Positions 61,650 to 64,000 of a stretch of DNA of 64,000 bases are shown in pieces; positions within the stretch are counted from its first letter, which is position 1, and every line of letters begins with the position of its first letter. The DNA is taken from IMG/VR virus record IMGVR_UViG_3300031998_000010, one strand, 5' to 3'. The notes beneath the pieces are model-generated. The model worked only from the letters and a program-made list of their open reading frames with translations, made no database searches and was not told the origin of the DNA. Made by a program: the position numbers and the translations under genes. The DNA comes from a virus (Duplodnaviria; Caudoviricetes).

Positions 61650-62462
61650 ATGTTGAATCTGAGAGCTAAAACTACAATCTATAATAAATTTGGTGTTGAA
61701 AATATTCGTCAATGCGAAGAATATGTTAATATCTGCCGACCTGATAAATCATCTGAAATATATAAGAAATTTGAGGAAGTGATTAAGGACAAAATCAAAC
61801 TTGCCACAACATGGTTATCTTCTCGTGATATTGAATATACTTGGAATGAAAGAATTGATGGTCACTTGTATCGACTTTGGATTCCCGAGAAAAACTTATT
61901 ATTCGACTTTGAATTCTATCCTGTTATAAATATGAATTATAATTATATAAGAATAAATTATGATGACGATATTATATTGATTCTGGAGAGATTATACCCT
62001 CAACACATTCTTGAAACTTCAGAATTACAATTACATTATAGAGTTAGTCAGAAAGAAGTCAATAAATTCTTAAAAGAAAACGGACATGCTCCTGTATATG
62101 ATAAATCGGTGTTAAGAATGGCTTGGATAAAAGATGAAAAGATTTATCAGTGTTTCATATTGAAAGAGAATCAAATCATAGTAAATGTAACTAAGCGAGG
62201 ATATAAGATTAATCACGGAACATTTATGCTTCTTCGATACTTGAAAGAAGTTTTTGAACTTCCTGAAATCATCATTAAAGACAATTTAGACAATTCTTTT
62301 AATACAGACGCATATCCAATATGGGGTCTTAAAGTTATCAATAAATATTCAAAGAAGAAAATATGGTGGAATGGTGAACACAATAAATGGCACATATCTC
62401 AATCTGATGTTGATAAATATGTACCATTTTATTTTACTGAGAATATTACTTATTGTCGTTAG
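61650..62462 (+). CDS. Divergently transcribed endonuclease-like protein (degenerate PD-(D/E)XK homing-endonuclease type)
   Basis: KFGVEN motif; IDGHLYRLWIPEKNLLFDF resembles the YDIYIPE.NL.IE core with catalytic residues altered; only long plus-strand ORF in the window. Confidence 0.5.
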   Translation: MLNLRAKTTIYNKFGVENIRQCEEYVNICRPDKSSEIYKKFEEVIKDKIKLATTWLSSRDIEYTWNERIDGHLYRLWIPEKNLLFDFEFYPVINMNYNYIRINYDDDIILILERLYPQHILETSELQLHYRVSQKEVNKFLKENGHAPVYDKSVLRMAWIKDEKIYQCFILKENQIIVNVTKRGYKINHGTFMLLRYLKEVFELPEIIIKDNLDNSFNTDAYPIWGLKVINKYSKKKIWWNGEHNKWHISQSDVDKYVPFYFTENITYCR

Positions 62463-63078
62463 GTTTTGCCGGAGATTCAAAATATACACTTGAAGTATCA
62501 TATACTTCTCTTGTTAAGTGTCTGCTTGAGTATGACAACATAACGCAACCTTGTGTATTGAGATGGATTGTAGATTGATATAATGCACCTGTTTTAGTGT
62601 ATTCTGTGCTACTAGATTCTCTCTTTATTCCATAACCTAAATCTACTTCAATGCCAAATCTAATCTTTCTATCAGATTCGTAAGGAAGTCTAATAGTGAG
62701 ATAATACATTGATAAGTATTTGTAGAAGAGTTCACGGGCTAATTCATCTGTGTCAGCTACGTTTGTGGTCAATATTCTTATTGTGTATTGCAACCCAACT
62801 TGGAGTGATTTTTCATAGTATATGTTGTTTGTTTTATTATCAAAAGCAGCCGGAATGCCAAATTGAGCCCTTGGAAAATTCCAAAGCTCTTGAATAATCG
62901 GCATATCAGGGTCTCTTATTACAAGGATTACTGGGTATGTGATTGTATCATCTTGAATCTGTGATAATATTCCCTGATATGTTTCAGGGTCTGCTATCAC
63001 TACATTGGGATTTGCATTATCAGCATTGATAGAAGCTTTGATGTCATCAACTATTGCATTGTCGTAAAGGTATAACAT
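62446..63078 (-). CDS. Tail terminator / completion protein (gp15-like)
   Basis: Position between neck and tube genes; ITYPVI.V.R and LQYTIRI motifs. Confidence 0.5.
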   Translation of the reverse strand: MLYLYDNAIVDDIKASINADNANPNVVIADPETYQGILSQIQDDTITYPVILVIRDPDMPIIQELWNFPRAQFGIPAAFDNKTNNIYYEKSLQVGLQYTIRILTTNVADTDELARELFYKYLSMYYLTIRLPYESDRKIRFGIEVDLGYGIKRESSSTEYTKTGALYQSTIHLNTQGCVMLSYSSRHLTREVYDTSSVYFESPAKPNDNK

Positions 63079-63623
63079 TACTTATCTCCTGGTCTGTATA
63101 CACCATCAACAGCCCTGCCTCTGTAGTCTGTATCGTTCTTTAAGAAATGGCTAGAAGAATTGAAGGTTTGAGCAACTTCTTTTCTGGTTCTACCAACTAT
63201 AGGCTGACCATTAGCAATAGGAATTACTTGGCAAACAAGATGGTCTGCGGCTACCATATCATAAGTGATTTCTGTAACTCTGAATTTTCTTTCTGTCAAT
63301 TCTGAGTAGAGACCTGACATTGTGAAAATGCTATCTTTTTGAACCTTGGGCAGATTCCAACTACAATGTAATAAGAAGGGAAGATTTGCATCACCATCAA
63401 CTACCCATCCGTATCTCTTGAAAGTTTTAACTTTAGGATTTCCATCAAAGAAGATAAAAGTATCCATAGGTTCTGAATAACTATCAATTTCAGGCTCGCC
63501 TTGTTCATTTGCTTTAGCTAAGTTTGGAAACTGATATTTGACAGGTATGCCTTGCAGTGAAAGAGCTTCGTCGTACCTCTTTCTCATTAATAAAATATCA
63601 GGACCTATTAAGTGAATACTCAT
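63078..63623 (-). CDS. Neck / head-tail connector protein (gp14-like)
   Basis: GIPVKY..P, K.YGW and FRVTEI motifs; position. Confidence 0.5.
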   Translation of the reverse strand: MSIHLIGPDILLMRKRYDEALSLQGIPVKYQFPNLAKANEQGEPEIDSYSEPMDTFIFFDGNPKVKTFKRYGWVVDGDANLPFLLHCSWNLPKVQKDSIFTMSGLYSELTERKFRVTEITYDMVAADHLVCQVIPIANGQPIVGRTRKEVAQTFNSSSHFLKNDTDYRGRAVDGVYRPGDK

Positions 63624-63650
63624 ATGCTATCCGATTACTTTCTCATAAAA

Positions 63651-63962
63651 TTATGCTGATTTTACTTTAACTATTTTTGAGTTAAATCTTGGTCGTACAG
63701 TATTATCGTAAAGTGTCACTTCTCTGGTAACTGTATATGGCTTCTTTCCTACACCATAAAGAGTGAAATCTTCAGTATAGTGTTCTAACATATGGTTATC
63801 TGTTAATGGCAAATCTTTTCGATTTTCACCCACGCTTGTGTAGTTTAAAGACTTTAAACTAATTTCATCACCATCTGATAAATAAATAAAGCGACCATTT
63901 GTTCCTAAACCATCTTCTATAGTAAATTGGAATTCTTTGTTAGACCTAACATATCTTTTCAT
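63651..63962 (-). CDS. Leader-bearing hypothetical protein
   Basis: MKRYVRS leader; first 20 nt identical to those of the gene starting at 52887. Confidence 0.6.
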   Translation of the reverse strand: MKRYVRSNKEFQFTIEDGLGTNGRFIYLSDGDEISLKSLNYTSVGENRKDLPLTDNHMLEHYTEDFTLYGVGKKPYTVTREVTLYDNTVRPRFNSKIVKVKSA

Positions 63963-64000
63963 AAGCTTTATTCTCCTTGTCCGTTATCTTCAATAATATC

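Noticed and set aside
1878-62897. Short plus-strand and nested ORFs in the track (e.g. 59260..59724, 47653..48015, 61201..61386)
   Set aside because: Antisense shadows of real minus-strand genes or of the intron; no RBS and non-protein-like composition
1-64000. Stop-codon reassignment
   Set aside because: Code 11 gives long, tightly packed ORFs, and TAA, TGA and TAG all terminate genes
1-64000. tRNA or rRNA genes
   Set aside because: No cloverleaf with T-loop consensus or rRNA-like sequence noticed in the few intergenic gaps

Overview
AT-rich 64-kb segment of a large contractile-tailed (myovirus-like) phage. The host is probably a Bacillota species, inferred from the CHAP endolysin plus holin, a RecU-like nuclease and strong Shine-Dalgarno sites. 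Almost all genes are on the minus strand and use standard code 11. Layout: 1-24.3 kb tail fibres, baseplate, tape measure and hub chaperone; 25.7-38 kb dense arrays of small genes joined by repeated RBS/stop/start junctions, many of them mosaic Zn-ribbon paralogues; 38-43 kb SNF2 helicase, two putative small RNAs and a solo TnpB; 43-45.7 kb tail sheath; 45.8-57 kb a block of unrelated proteins sharing an N-terminal MKxYIKS-type leader; 57-64 kb NADAR, triple-HTH protein, lysis genes, a tail tube gene split by a group I intron, and neck genes. Best candidates for new biology: (1) a shared leader/cleavage-motif system that may load diverse cargo into the capsid, including a likely polyprotein and an ART-like protein coupled to NADAR; (2) tandem promoter-hairpin-antiSD-terminator small RNAs; (3) junction-repeat gene-cassette arrays; (4) a group I intron in the tail tube gene with an unresolved 3' splice site. 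All family assignments come from recognising motifs by eye; no database search was run.
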